Source of the DNA: Gemmatimonas phototrophica | GTDB taxonomy: Bacteria; Latescibacterota; UBA2968; UBA8231 | DNA: 64,000 bases | Assembly: GCA_945861755.1 (NCBI GenBank) | Contig: CAMAVQ010000004.1 | Span: forward strand, 15,086-79,085 | Reading direction: 5' to 3' | Shown here: positions 28,378 through 35,252 of the stretch, piece after piece | How positions within the stretch are numbered: position 1 is the first letter of the stretch | How the letters are laid out: every line of letters begins with the position of its first letter | Program-made: the position numbers and the translations under genes | The notes under the pieces: generated by a model | What the model was told of the DNA's origin: nothing | The model's database searches: none | Seen by the model: only the letters and a program-made list of their open reading frames with translations

Positions 28378-29874
28378 CAGACTTCGGTATTCCTGCTGGT
28401 CGCGCTGCGGCTCAAATTCGCGCTCCAGGCGCTGGGCGATGATGCCGATGGCGTTGAGCGGATTGCGCACCTCGTGGGCCACGCCCGAAGCCAGGGCGCC
28501 CATGGAGGCCATGCGCTCGCGGCGGCGCAGATCCGCCTCCAGGGCCGCCATTTCCGTCAGATCCTGGGCCACCACCACTACAGTCTCCACCTCGCCGCGG
28601 CTGTTGCGCACCAGGGAGGTGGACAGCGAGAGCAGGCGCTCCTGCCCCCCCACCAGATAGCGCTGCGCCCCTTCCTGGCCTTCGACGCTCTCGCGCAGGG
28701 CCCCTTCGACCGGGGGCAGGACCGCGCCCACCACCTCGGCGTAAGGGTGGCCTGTCGCCGCCGCTGCGGTGGTGCCGAAGAGCGTCTGAGCACTCTGGTT
28801 GAGCACCTCGATCCGGCCGGCGGTATCCATGGCCATCACCGCGTCGGTCATCTGCGCCAGGATGCGGCTGCTGTAGGTCTGCACCCGGGCGTAGGCCTCG
28901 TCGAGCAGGGCGTAGTTCTGGCGGATGGTCAGCACCCCGGCCCCGGCCGCCCCCAACACCGCCAGCAGGCCGGCTAACAGCACCAGCTGCAATTGATCCC
29001 GGTGCCTTTCGGCCTGCAGCGCCTCCACCGACAGCCCCACCCGCAACAGACCCAGGGGTTTGCCTTCGGGCGCAAAGGCCATGGCCGTCTCAAAGATCTC
29101 CTTGCCCTCGAATTGGGCAAGGCGCGAGACCGGCACCGAGCCGGCCAGGGCCCTGCTGAGGAAGGGATCGGTGGCGATCTTGCCCAGTTGGCCGATGCCG
29201 CTGGACCCCAGGAGAATGCCGGCCGAATCCTGCAGGGCGGCGAAGATCACCCCCTGGTTATCGCCGATCTCGCGGATCAGGCGGCCAATGCCGGCGGCCC
29301 GGCGCAGTTCGTGCAGGTACCGGGCCGAGGCCTGCACCAGGATAACCCCGCCTTCAGCAACCGGGGCCGCCACGGCGTAAAGTTCGGCTGCGTCGAGCAC
29401 CACTTGGTGAGAGAGGGCGGTGTGGTCGTACACCTCGGCCAATTCCTCCCACCACCAATCCAGCTCAAGACGGTCCATGGGCTGGGAACTGCTGCTGTAC
29501 CGCGGATACCCACGGCCATCGAAGACCTCGATACGCGCCAGGCTCTGTTCCTGGGTCACCTGGACCAGCAGCGCATCGTTCAGCCCCCGGTGCCCCTGGA
29601 GCCGGGCCAGGCCGCGGCCAATGCTCAGCAGGTGCTCCTGCACCAGCTGGTCTAGTTCCTCCTCGGCGCGCAGGGCGTTTTCGCCGGCCCGGGCCATGGC
29701 CTGCACCAGGGCGGCCGAGCTGTGTTCCAGGGTTTCGAGGGTGTTCTTGCGGGAGGTGTGTAACTCGTACCAGGCAAAACCTCCCAGCGCGGCGATCAGC
29801 ACCCCGGCCAGGGCAGCCAGGTATCCGGGCCGGAACGGGGTGGGCTTGAGGGCGGGAGAGAGGGTCCGGACCAT
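27991..29874 (-). CDS. Membrane sensor histidine kinase, ZraS/AtoS/NtrB-like (2 TM + periplasmic domain + PAS + HisKA), truncated inside HATPase_c
   Basis: H-box ALASGVAHEVRNPLNAI, N-box NLLSNAVEA, G1 box EDSGSGI. It then ends ...EHLEQIFDLY-stop, where IFDPFFTTK...GTGLGL (F and G2 boxes) is expected. Confidence 0.8.
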   Translation of the reverse strand: MVRTLSPALKPTPFRPGYLAALAGVLIAALGGFAWYELHTSRKNTLETLEHSSAALVQAMARAGENALRAEEELDQLVQEHLLSIGRGLARLQGHRGLNDALLVQVTQEQSLARIEVFDGRGYPRYSSSSQPMDRLELDWWWEELAEVYDHTALSHQVVLDAAELYAVAAPVAEGGVILVQASARYLHELRRAAGIGRLIREIGDNQGVIFAALQDSAGILLGSSGIGQLGKIATDPFLSRALAGSVPVSRLAQFEGKEIFETAMAFAPEGKPLGLLRVGLSVEALQAERHRDQLQLVLLAGLLAVLGAAGAGVLTIRQNYALLDEAYARVQTYSSRILAQMTDAVMAMDTAGRIEVLNQSAQTLFGTTAAAATGHPYAEVVGAVLPPVEGALRESVEGQEGAQRYLVGGQERLLSLSTSLVRNSRGEVETVVVVAQDLTEMAALEADLRRRERMASMGALASGVAHEVRNPLNAIGIIAQRLEREFEPQRDQQEYRSLLKVVRGEVGRVNRIVRDFLSLARPPALARRPANLEEIVEQAVAAQEPRARAKGLRVERQYGGVGTWQLDPDQFVQAVQNLLSNAVEATQSGQIRVTTRRRADGGAEVEIEDSGSGIAPEHLEQIFDLY

Positions 29875-29944
29875 GGCTTAAAGGTAGCGCCCCCCATCCT
29901 TCAGCGCACCCTGGCGCAGGGAGAAGAGCGCCGACTGCCAGGGG

Positions 29945-30814
29945 TTAGTGGCCTGCTTCTGTCGCCAGCACGACCATGACCCAAAGTTGCAGTGGCTGAG
30001 GCTGCACTCCACCTGAGGGTGGCCTTCTCCTGCCGCCACTCGGCATCATACCCTCTCCACGGCCGCCGCCCATACCCATGCCATCCGGCCCCAGGCCGCT
30101 ATCCCCTCTGCCCATGCCCTCCGGCCCCATGCCGCCGTCCCTCCGACTTCTCATCGCCCCCCGGCCCGGCACGCTCGTTTCAAAGGCAACACTCAACTGC
30201 TGGCCGGGTCGGACGCCCAGGCCATAGGGATGGTCCTGGTCGCGCCTGAGCGGAATTTTTAACTCGTAGACCAGCCGGTTGTCGACCTGCACCACCTTGA
30301 GATCAACCCCGGGTGCATCGGTATCCTTCATCTGGTGCCGCTCGCCCTTTCCGGGCCCGATGATCTCCATTTGGCCCAGCGCGATGGCCGGCGGAGGCTC
30401 CAGGGACGCCCGCTCCATCCGCTCCCCGCGGTCGGGTTGCGCTGCCTCATCGTCCTCGCCGGCAGCAAAGGGCTGGTCCCTGCCTCCTGTCGCATTTGGA
30501 AAGTGGATGCCGAAATTTCTCTGCCTTCCCCCGCTGACATCGAACCACACCGTGAAGCCCAGCCTCATCACCTGGGCCTGGGTGACTCGGTCGGCCGAGG
30601 CGAGGCGGAGATACAGGAAGTCCTCGTCATTGAGCAGGCTGACGACGGTATTGCCCGTGGCCACATAGGTCAGGGTGCCCTGCCATTCAGCGTCCCTGCC
30701 GTCGATGGTGATCTCGCGGGTCCGCCAGTTGCTGTCCATCTCGAGTTTGCCACATCCGGCAGCCGAAAGGACCAGTCCCCAACTGAGTACCAGTCGGGCA
30801 ACTGCGCTTTTCAT
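29945..30814 (-). CDS. Lipoprotein with Gly/Met/Arg-rich low-complexity C-terminal region
   Basis: 289 aa. Lipobox LSAAGC. The globular N-domain is followed by GGMGPEGMGRGDSGLGPDGMGMGGGRGEGMMPSGG. Confidence 0.75.
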   Translation of the reverse strand: MKSAVARLVLSWGLVLSAAGCGKLEMDSNWRTREITIDGRDAEWQGTLTYVATGNTVVSLLNDEDFLYLRLASADRVTQAQVMRLGFTVWFDVSGGRQRNFGIHFPNATGGRDQPFAAGEDDEAAQPDRGERMERASLEPPPAIALGQMEIIGPGKGERHQMKDTDAPGVDLKVVQVDNRLVYELKIPLRRDQDHPYGLGVRPGQQLSVAFETSVPGRGAMRSRRDGGMGPEGMGRGDSGLGPDGMGMGGGRGEGMMPSGGRRRPPSGGVQPQPLQLWVMVVLATEAGH

Positions 30815-30834
30815 TTTTCGCCTCCCCTTTCCGG

Positions 30835-30993
30835 TCAGGGGGTGATTTTCAGCGTTTCCCCTTCCACGCTCACCGCCACCTGGGCCAGGTTGCGGCGGGC
30901 CGGCCCCGTGAGCACCTTGCCCCTCAGGTCGAGAGGATAGGAGCCATCGGCGGTTGTCGTCAAGGATGCTCCGGTATTATTCGATCCGGTCAT
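30835..30993 (-). CDS. Possible 52-aa micro-ORF between the DUF3300-like gene and the lipoprotein gene
   Basis: ATG 30993 is preceded by GGAGGGGG and overlaps the upstream stop by 17 nt. Sequence MTGSNNTGASLTTTADGSYPLDLRGKVLTGPARRNLAQVAVSVEGETLKITP. The stop lies 20 nt before the lipoprotein ATG. Confidence 0.35.
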   Translation of the reverse strand: MTGSNNTGASLTTTADGSYPLDLRGKVLTGPARRNLAQVAVSVEGETLKITP

Positions 30994-31513
30994 CCCCCTC
31001 CGGCTCGTCGAGGCCGTTGAGGTCGTAATCGTAACGATCCGCACGGGATCGGGACACCTGCCGCACCTCTTTCCCTCTGGAGGCCACCCTGTCCGGGGGT
31101 GTTCTATCAGAGCGCCCCGGATACAGCTGGGCCAGCTGCTGCCGGACCTGGCCGGGGTCCTGGCGGTATGCGTCGCCCAGCAGGACGACCTGATCCAAGT
31201 CCTTTTCCAGCAGTTCCACGAATTCCGGGTACTGCAAGAGCAGACGCGCCTGATCCTGGGCCTGGGCAGGGTAGTTGGAGAGTAGGACAGTGGAATTGGT
31301 TTCGGCCCGCTGGTTTAACGCGGCGATTTCGGCCAGCACCCGGGCATCCCGGCGCACCCACTTGCGGGCGACGGGGCCGACCTCCGCGGGGTACTGGGCG
31401 AGGGTCTGACGGACGGCGCGTTGTTCGTCGCGCCCCCCGCGTTCCGCAGCCACGCCGACTCCGGGATGGGCCAGGAGTATCGTGGTAAGAGCCATACAAC
31501 TCAGCGTTTTCAT
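30977..31513 (-). CDS. Secreted protein with repeated (Q/N)YP motifs, DUF3300-like
   Basis: ATG 31513 lies 7 nt after GAGGAGG. Signal peptide MKTLSCMALTTILLAHPGVGVAA. Repeats LAQYPAEV, LSNYPAQA, LLQYPEFV, LAQLYPGR. Confidence 0.65.
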   Translation of the reverse strand: MKTLSCMALTTILLAHPGVGVAAERGGRDEQRAVRQTLAQYPAEVGPVARKWVRRDARVLAEIAALNQRAETNSTVLLSNYPAQAQDQARLLLQYPEFVELLEKDLDQVVLLGDAYRQDPGQVRQQLAQLYPGRSDRTPPDRVASRGKEVRQVSRSRADRYDYDLNGLDEPEGDDRIE

Positions 31514-31612
31514 GGGCACACCTCCTCGGTCAGGAGCCAGACGAGACCTCTAGTGGCGAAAAACCGGGACAGCCTCTTTGGTGTGCAGACTGTCCTGGCA
31601 CAATAATTGTTC

Positions 31613-32275
31613 CTAATCCGCGTTCTTGAGCTGACCCCAGGAGGTCGATTCGACCGCGGTGGCCGGCTCGTCATCCGACACGACCACCTTGGCGGCAGAC
31701 AGGGTGCTGGTGCCGGTGCTGCTGGTACCCGCAGCCGGTATCTCAGCTCCCGCCCTGGTGCATATACCAAAGGGGCCCGCAGCGCGCAGCGCGGCCAACT
31801 TAGCCTGCTGTTCTTCGGTGAGCAGGGCCTCAAAGGCGGTCTGGAACTCGGCGTGCAGGGCCTGGTGTTTGTCCCCGTACTCGGTGCGCAGGGCCGCGAA
31901 CTGGGTCTGCTGATCAGCGCTGAGATTCAACACTGGCCTCCGGTGATGCCGGCCTCCGCCGCTAGCGGCCGTTTCGGCCAGCACGGCCTGCTGCTCTGGG
32001 GTGAGCAGAGCGCTGACCGCGGCCTGCTCCTCGTCGCGCAGGGCCAGTTCTTTTTCCTCCAGGGTAGCCTTCAGGGCGTCGAGCTGGGCCTGCTGCTCAA
32101 TGCTCAACCCCAGCTGGGTACTCAACCCCACCCGAGCACCCTTCACCATACCCATACCCCGGCCCATACCCATGCCGCCCTGACGAGTGCCCCCCTTATT
32201 GCCGTGGGCGCTCGCGCCCATAGCAGAAGCGGCGATGACCAGCAGCGCGCCGGCCAGGATCCATGTCTTCTTCAT
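31613..32275 (-). CDS. Periplasmic Spy/CpxP/ZraP-family protein (four LTxxQ-type motifs, GMGMG tract)
   Basis: 220 aa. Signal peptide. GGMGMGRGMGM near the mature N-terminus. LSIEQQAQL, LTPEQQAVL, LSADQQTQF and LTEEQQAKL. An extra ~55-aa Ser/Thr-rich tail. Confidence 0.8.
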   Translation of the reverse strand: MKKTWILAGALLVIAASAMGASAHGNKGGTRQGGMGMGRGMGMVKGARVGLSTQLGLSIEQQAQLDALKATLEEKELALRDEEQAAVSALLTPEQQAVLAETAASGGGRHHRRPVLNLSADQQTQFAALRTEYGDKHQALHAEFQTAFEALLTEEQQAKLAALRAAGPFGICTRAGAEIPAAGTSSTGTSTLSAAKVVVSDDEPATAVESTSWGQLKNAD

Positions 32276-32368
32276 ACCCTTCCTCCTTGTGATTTGAATG
32301 AGTTGCAGGCGCCCGACAGCTTCGTTTGCCTGCCAGCCGCCTGACTCTTGCGGCTGAGCTATGGATTA

Positions 32369-32383
32369 GCAAAGGGGATGCCG
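32369..32383 (-). promoter_or_regulatory. sigma54 -24/-12 promoter (CGGCAT-CCCCT-TTGC on the minus strand) for the ZraP-like gene
   Basis: The minus strand reads GCGCGGCATCCCCTTTGCTAAT. GG and GC have the correct spacing. From the GG to the GC, 13 of 14 positions are identical to the promoter at 26551. It lies about 95 nt upstream of ATG 32275. Confidence 0.6.
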
Positions 32384-32483
32384 CGCTGAGATCCTGGGGA
32401 TTCATCTATTTACAAGCCGCTGCTAAATAACACTTTACAAACAATAACCCCCGCCATCTTCGCTTGGCAGCCCCTCGGGAACA

Positions 32484-32499
32484 GCGACCGAATGGTCGA
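32484..32499. promoter_or_regulatory. Palindrome GCGACC-GAAT-GGTCGA, candidate UAS
   Basis: Same 6-4-6 architecture as 26435-26450. Its centre is 109.5 bp from the GG of the minus-strand -24 element, the same distance as at the other promoter. Confidence 0.6.
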
Positions 32500-32564
32500 G
32501 GGTGGAGGAGGGGGAGATGTTGTTTTTGTTGCGCTTCCCCGCCCATCGGGCTGCTACTTTACAT

Positions 32565-32580
32565 TCGACCAAATGGTCGA
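32565..32580. promoter_or_regulatory. Palindrome TCGACC-AAAT-GGTCGA, second candidate UAS
   Basis: Perfect 6-4-6 inverted repeat, centre-to-centre 81 bp from the 32484 site. It also lies 21 bp upstream of the -35 of the trp leader promoter. The flanks repeat as well (AATGGTCGAGGG). Confidence 0.55.
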
Positions 32581-32600
32581 GGGCAGGGGCTTTTCCGCAC

Positions 32601-32629
32601 TTGACAGGGGCAGGGGGGGCTTGTATCTT
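32601..32629 (+). promoter_or_regulatory. sigma70-type promoter for the trp leader (TTGACA-17 nt-TATCTT)
   Basis: TTGACA at 32601-32606, a 17-nt G-rich spacer, then TATCTT at 32624-32629. Confidence 0.55.
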
Positions 32630-32668
32630 GACTGCACCAAATTTTCACCCTGCATGAGGACTGAAGAC

Positions 32669-32761
32669 ATGAAACTCCGCTCTACCCATAGCAACCGTTG
32701 GTGGCGCTCCTGGCCATATACTTGGAGTATTGCAGGAGTGCGTCCACCCCACAGCGCATAG
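32669..32761 (+). CDS. trpL: trp operon leader peptide (30 aa, 4 Trp codons including a WW pair)
   Basis: MKLRSTHSNRWWRSWPYTWSIAGVRPPHSA. GAGGA lies 8 nt upstream of the ATG. A strong terminator follows, immediately before trpE(G). Confidence 0.75.
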   Translation: MKLRSTHSNRWWRSWPYTWSIAGVRPPHSA

Positions 32762-32785
32762 CAGCCGATTCACTGGAGCAAGCTA

Positions 32786-32826
32786 AAACCGCGGGCGCAC
32801 CTAAAGCGCTCGCGGTTTCTTTTTTT
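32786..32826 (+). terminator. Attenuator terminator upstream of trpE(G)
   Basis: AAACCGCGGGCGC-acctaaa-GCGCTCGCGGTTT (13-bp stem with one G-U pair) followed by CTTTTTTT. It ends 14 nt before ATG 32840. Confidence 0.85.
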
Positions 32827-32839
32827 GGGAGAGGATGAC

Positions 32840-34981
32840 ATGTATACCTATCTGACCGCCGGCGGCGTTGAGATCACCTGCGCCGTCGAGGAGTTGCCCG
32901 TCGCCGGGGCCCTGGACCAAGTGCTGGCGCGGCTGGATGCCCACCGCGGCGCGGTGTTTGCCAGCGGCTACGAATATCCGGGGCGGTACAGCCGCTGGGA
33001 CATCGGCTTCGTCGATCCGCCGGTGGAGCTGGTGGCCCGCAGCCGCGACTTCACCGTGCGCGCCCTCAACGAGCGGGGCCGGCCCCTGCTGCAGATCTTC
33101 CGCCAAGGGCTGGAGGGCCATGCCCACCTCAGCGCCCTGGAGGGCAGCGGGGACGAGTTGCGCGGCCAGGTGGCGCCCATGCCCACCCACTTCCCCGAGG
33201 AGGAGCGCTCCAAGCAGCCCACCATCTTCAGCCTGCTGCGCGCCCTGGTCCAGCAGTTCGGCGCCCCCGGCGAGCCCCACCTGGGCTTCTACGGGGCCAT
33301 GGGCTACGACCTGGTCTTCCAATTCGAGCCCATAACCCTGCGCCACCGGCGCCCGGCCCAACACCCCGACCTGCACCTCTTTTTGCCCGACGAGCTGATC
33401 GTCGTCGACCATCGCAAGGAGCAGGCCCTCAGGTACCGCTACGATTTCCGCCTCGGCCAACGCTCCACCCACGGCGTGGCCGGCGGCGGCCAAACCATCC
33501 CGCCGGTAAAGGGTGCCCCTTCCTCCCTGACGAGCGACCATGCCCCCGGCGAGTACGCCGACAAGGTGCGCCGGATCATCGAGGGCACCGGCCGGGGCGA
33601 CTTCTTTGAGGTCGTGCCCAGCCAGGTGCTCAGCGCCGGTTTTGCCGGGGCGCCCAGCGAACTCTTCGCCAATATCCGCCGCACCAATCCCAGCCCGTAC
33701 GAGTTCCTCATCAACCTGGGCCATGAGCAACTGGTGGGCGCCTCGCCCGAGATGTTCGTGCGGGTCGAAGGCACCCAGGTGGAGACCTGCCCCATCGCCG
33801 GCACTATCCGGCGCGGAGCTTCACCCATCGAGGACGCCGACCAGATCCTGACCCTGCTCAACTCGCAGAAGGACGAGGCCGAGTTGACCATGTGTACCGA
33901 CGTGGACCGCAACGACAAGGCCCGCGTCTGCAAGGCCGGCAGTGTGCGGGTGCTGGGCCGCCGGCTGATCGAGACCTACTCGCGGCTCATCCACACCGTG
34001 GATCACGTGGTGGGCGAACTGCGGCCCGGCTTCGACGCCTTCGACGCGCTGCTCTCCCACCTGTGGGCCGTCACCCTGACCGGAGCGCCCAAGCCAGCGG
34101 CCATGCAGATGATCGAGACGCTGGAAAACTCGGCGCGGCGCTGGTACGGGGGCTGTGTGGGCATGTTGCGCTTCAACGGCGACATCAACACCGGCATCAC
34201 CATCCGCACCGTCCACCTGGAGGGGGGAGAGGCCAGGGTGCGGGTGGGGGCCACTATCCTCTGCGATTCAGATCCCGACGAGGAAGAGCGGGAATGCCGC
34301 ACCAAGGCCGAGGCCTTCACCAACGCGGTGCTGGGGGCCCCGCAGCGGCAGCAAAGTGCGGCTGTCCTGCGTGCCACCGGCACTGGCAAGAAGGTGCTCT
34401 TTGTCGACAACCGCGACTCCTTTGTGCACACCCTGGGGGATTATGTGCGCCAGACCGGGGCCCAGGTCACCACCCTGCGGGCCGGCTTTCCCTATCACCT
34501 GCTCGACGAGATGAAGCCCGACCTGGTCTTCATCTCCCCAGGGCCGGGCACCCCCGAGGAGTTCGGGGTGCCCGAGCTGGTGCGCCAGTGTGTGCAGCGC
34601 CGACTGCCGGTCTTTGGGGTGTGCCTGGGGCTGCAGGGCATGGTCGAGGCTTTTGGCGGCAAGCTGGGGGTACTGGGGTACCCCATGCACGGCAAGAGTT
34701 CGGTGGTCGAATGCTCAGGAGAGGGTTTTCTCGAAGGCTTCCCCGCCCGCTTCGTGGCTGGCCGCTACCACTCCCTCTTCGCCGTGCCCGAGGCCCTGCC
34801 CGCCTGCCTCAAGGTGCGGGCCCACACCGAGGAAGGGGTGATCATGGCCGTGGAGCACGAGAGCTATCCGGCGGCGGCGGTGCAGTTCCACCCCGAATCC
34901 ATCCTCACCCTCAAGGAGGACCTGGGCCTCCGGCTCATCTCTCGGGTGATGGAAAGACTGGCGAAGGGAGCGAAGGCATGA
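32840..34981 (+). CDS. trpE: Anthranilate synthase, fused component I + glutamine amidotransferase component II, TrpE(G)
   Basis: The N-terminal ~500 aa are a chorismate-binding enzyme (FEVVPSQ, GASPEMFV, DRNDKARV, LTGAPK, RWYGG). The C-terminal ~200 aa are GATase-1 (FVDNRDSFVHTL, FGVCLGLQ, VQFHPES). ATG 32840 follows GGGAGAGGA. Confidence 0.92.
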   Translation: MYTYLTAGGVEITCAVEELPVAGALDQVLARLDAHRGAVFASGYEYPGRYSRWDIGFVDPPVELVARSRDFTVRALNERGRPLLQIFRQGLEGHAHLSALEGSGDELRGQVAPMPTHFPEEERSKQPTIFSLLRALVQQFGAPGEPHLGFYGAMGYDLVFQFEPITLRHRRPAQHPDLHLFLPDELIVVDHRKEQALRYRYDFRLGQRSTHGVAGGGQTIPPVKGAPSSLTSDHAPGEYADKVRRIIEGTGRGDFFEVVPSQVLSAGFAGAPSELFANIRRTNPSPYEFLINLGHEQLVGASPEMFVRVEGTQVETCPIAGTIRRGASPIEDADQILTLLNSQKDEAELTMCTDVDRNDKARVCKAGSVRVLGRRLIETYSRLIHTVDHVVGELRPGFDAFDALLSHLWAVTLTGAPKPAAMQMIETLENSARRWYGGCVGMLRFNGDINTGITIRTVHLEGGEARVRVGATILCDSDPDEEERECRTKAEAFTNAVLGAPQRQQSAAVLRATGTGKKVLFVDNRDSFVHTLGDYVRQTGAQVTTLRAGFPYHLLDEMKPDLVFISPGPGTPEEFGVPELVRQCVQRRLPVFGVCLGLQGMVEAFGGKLGVLGYPMHGKSSVVECSGEGFLEGFPARFVAGRYHSLFAVPEALPACLKVRAHTEEGVIMAVEHESYPAAAVQFHPESILTLKEDLGLRLISRVMERLAKGAKA

Positions 34982-35163
34982 TCCGCGTCTACGGCCTGCG
35001 CGAAAAACTGAACCCCATCAAGAGCCGGCTCTCGGACCTCATCAACACCTGCATGGTCGAGGCGCTAAAGTTTCCCCCAAACAAAAGGGCGCATCGTTTC
35101 TTCCCGCTGGAACGCGAGGACCTCTACTACCCAGAGGGCCGCACCGACGCGTACACCGTGTAG
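34978..35163 (+). pseudogene. Truncated tautomerase-family (Tautomerase_2-like) gene fragment, 61 codons
   Basis: MIRVYGLREKLNPIKSRLSDLINTCMVEALKFPPNKRAHRFFPLEREDLYYPEGRTDAYTV-stop. From memory, full-length relatives are about 125-130 aa and continue after ...TDAYT. ATGA overlap with the trpE(G) stop. Confidence 0.5.
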
Positions 35164-35252
35164 CCCTCAACGCGGTATGGTGTCGCGCCTCTTGATCTAG
35201 TTCAACCCATTGCCTACACTCTGAAACGCTTTTTCCCCTGGAGGATGGAGCC

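Noticed and set aside
31596-31610. TGGCAC-AATAA-TTGT on the plus strand just 3' of the ZraP-like gene. It looks like a third sigma54 promoter firing antisense into that gene.
   Set aside because: The -12 element lacks the conserved GC (TTGT). No TCGACC-N4-GGTCGA palindrome lies about 110 bp upstream. It overlaps an 11-bp palindrome (ACAATAATTGT) and a weak hairpin with a T-run that may simply terminate the ZraP-like transcript.
31613-31780. The C-terminal Ser/Thr-rich tail of the ZraP-like protein ending ...ESTSWGQLKNAD. I considered a sorting or secretion signal.
   Set aside because: I cannot tie the motif to a defined sorting system from memory with any confidence. There is no partner machinery in the window.
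32492-32761. The 89-aa track ORF spanning the trp upstream region.
   Set aside because: Its 5' two-thirds overlap the promoter and palindromes and are Gly-rich. Only the last 30 codons, with their own RBS and downstream of the predicted start site, make sense as the Trp leader peptide.
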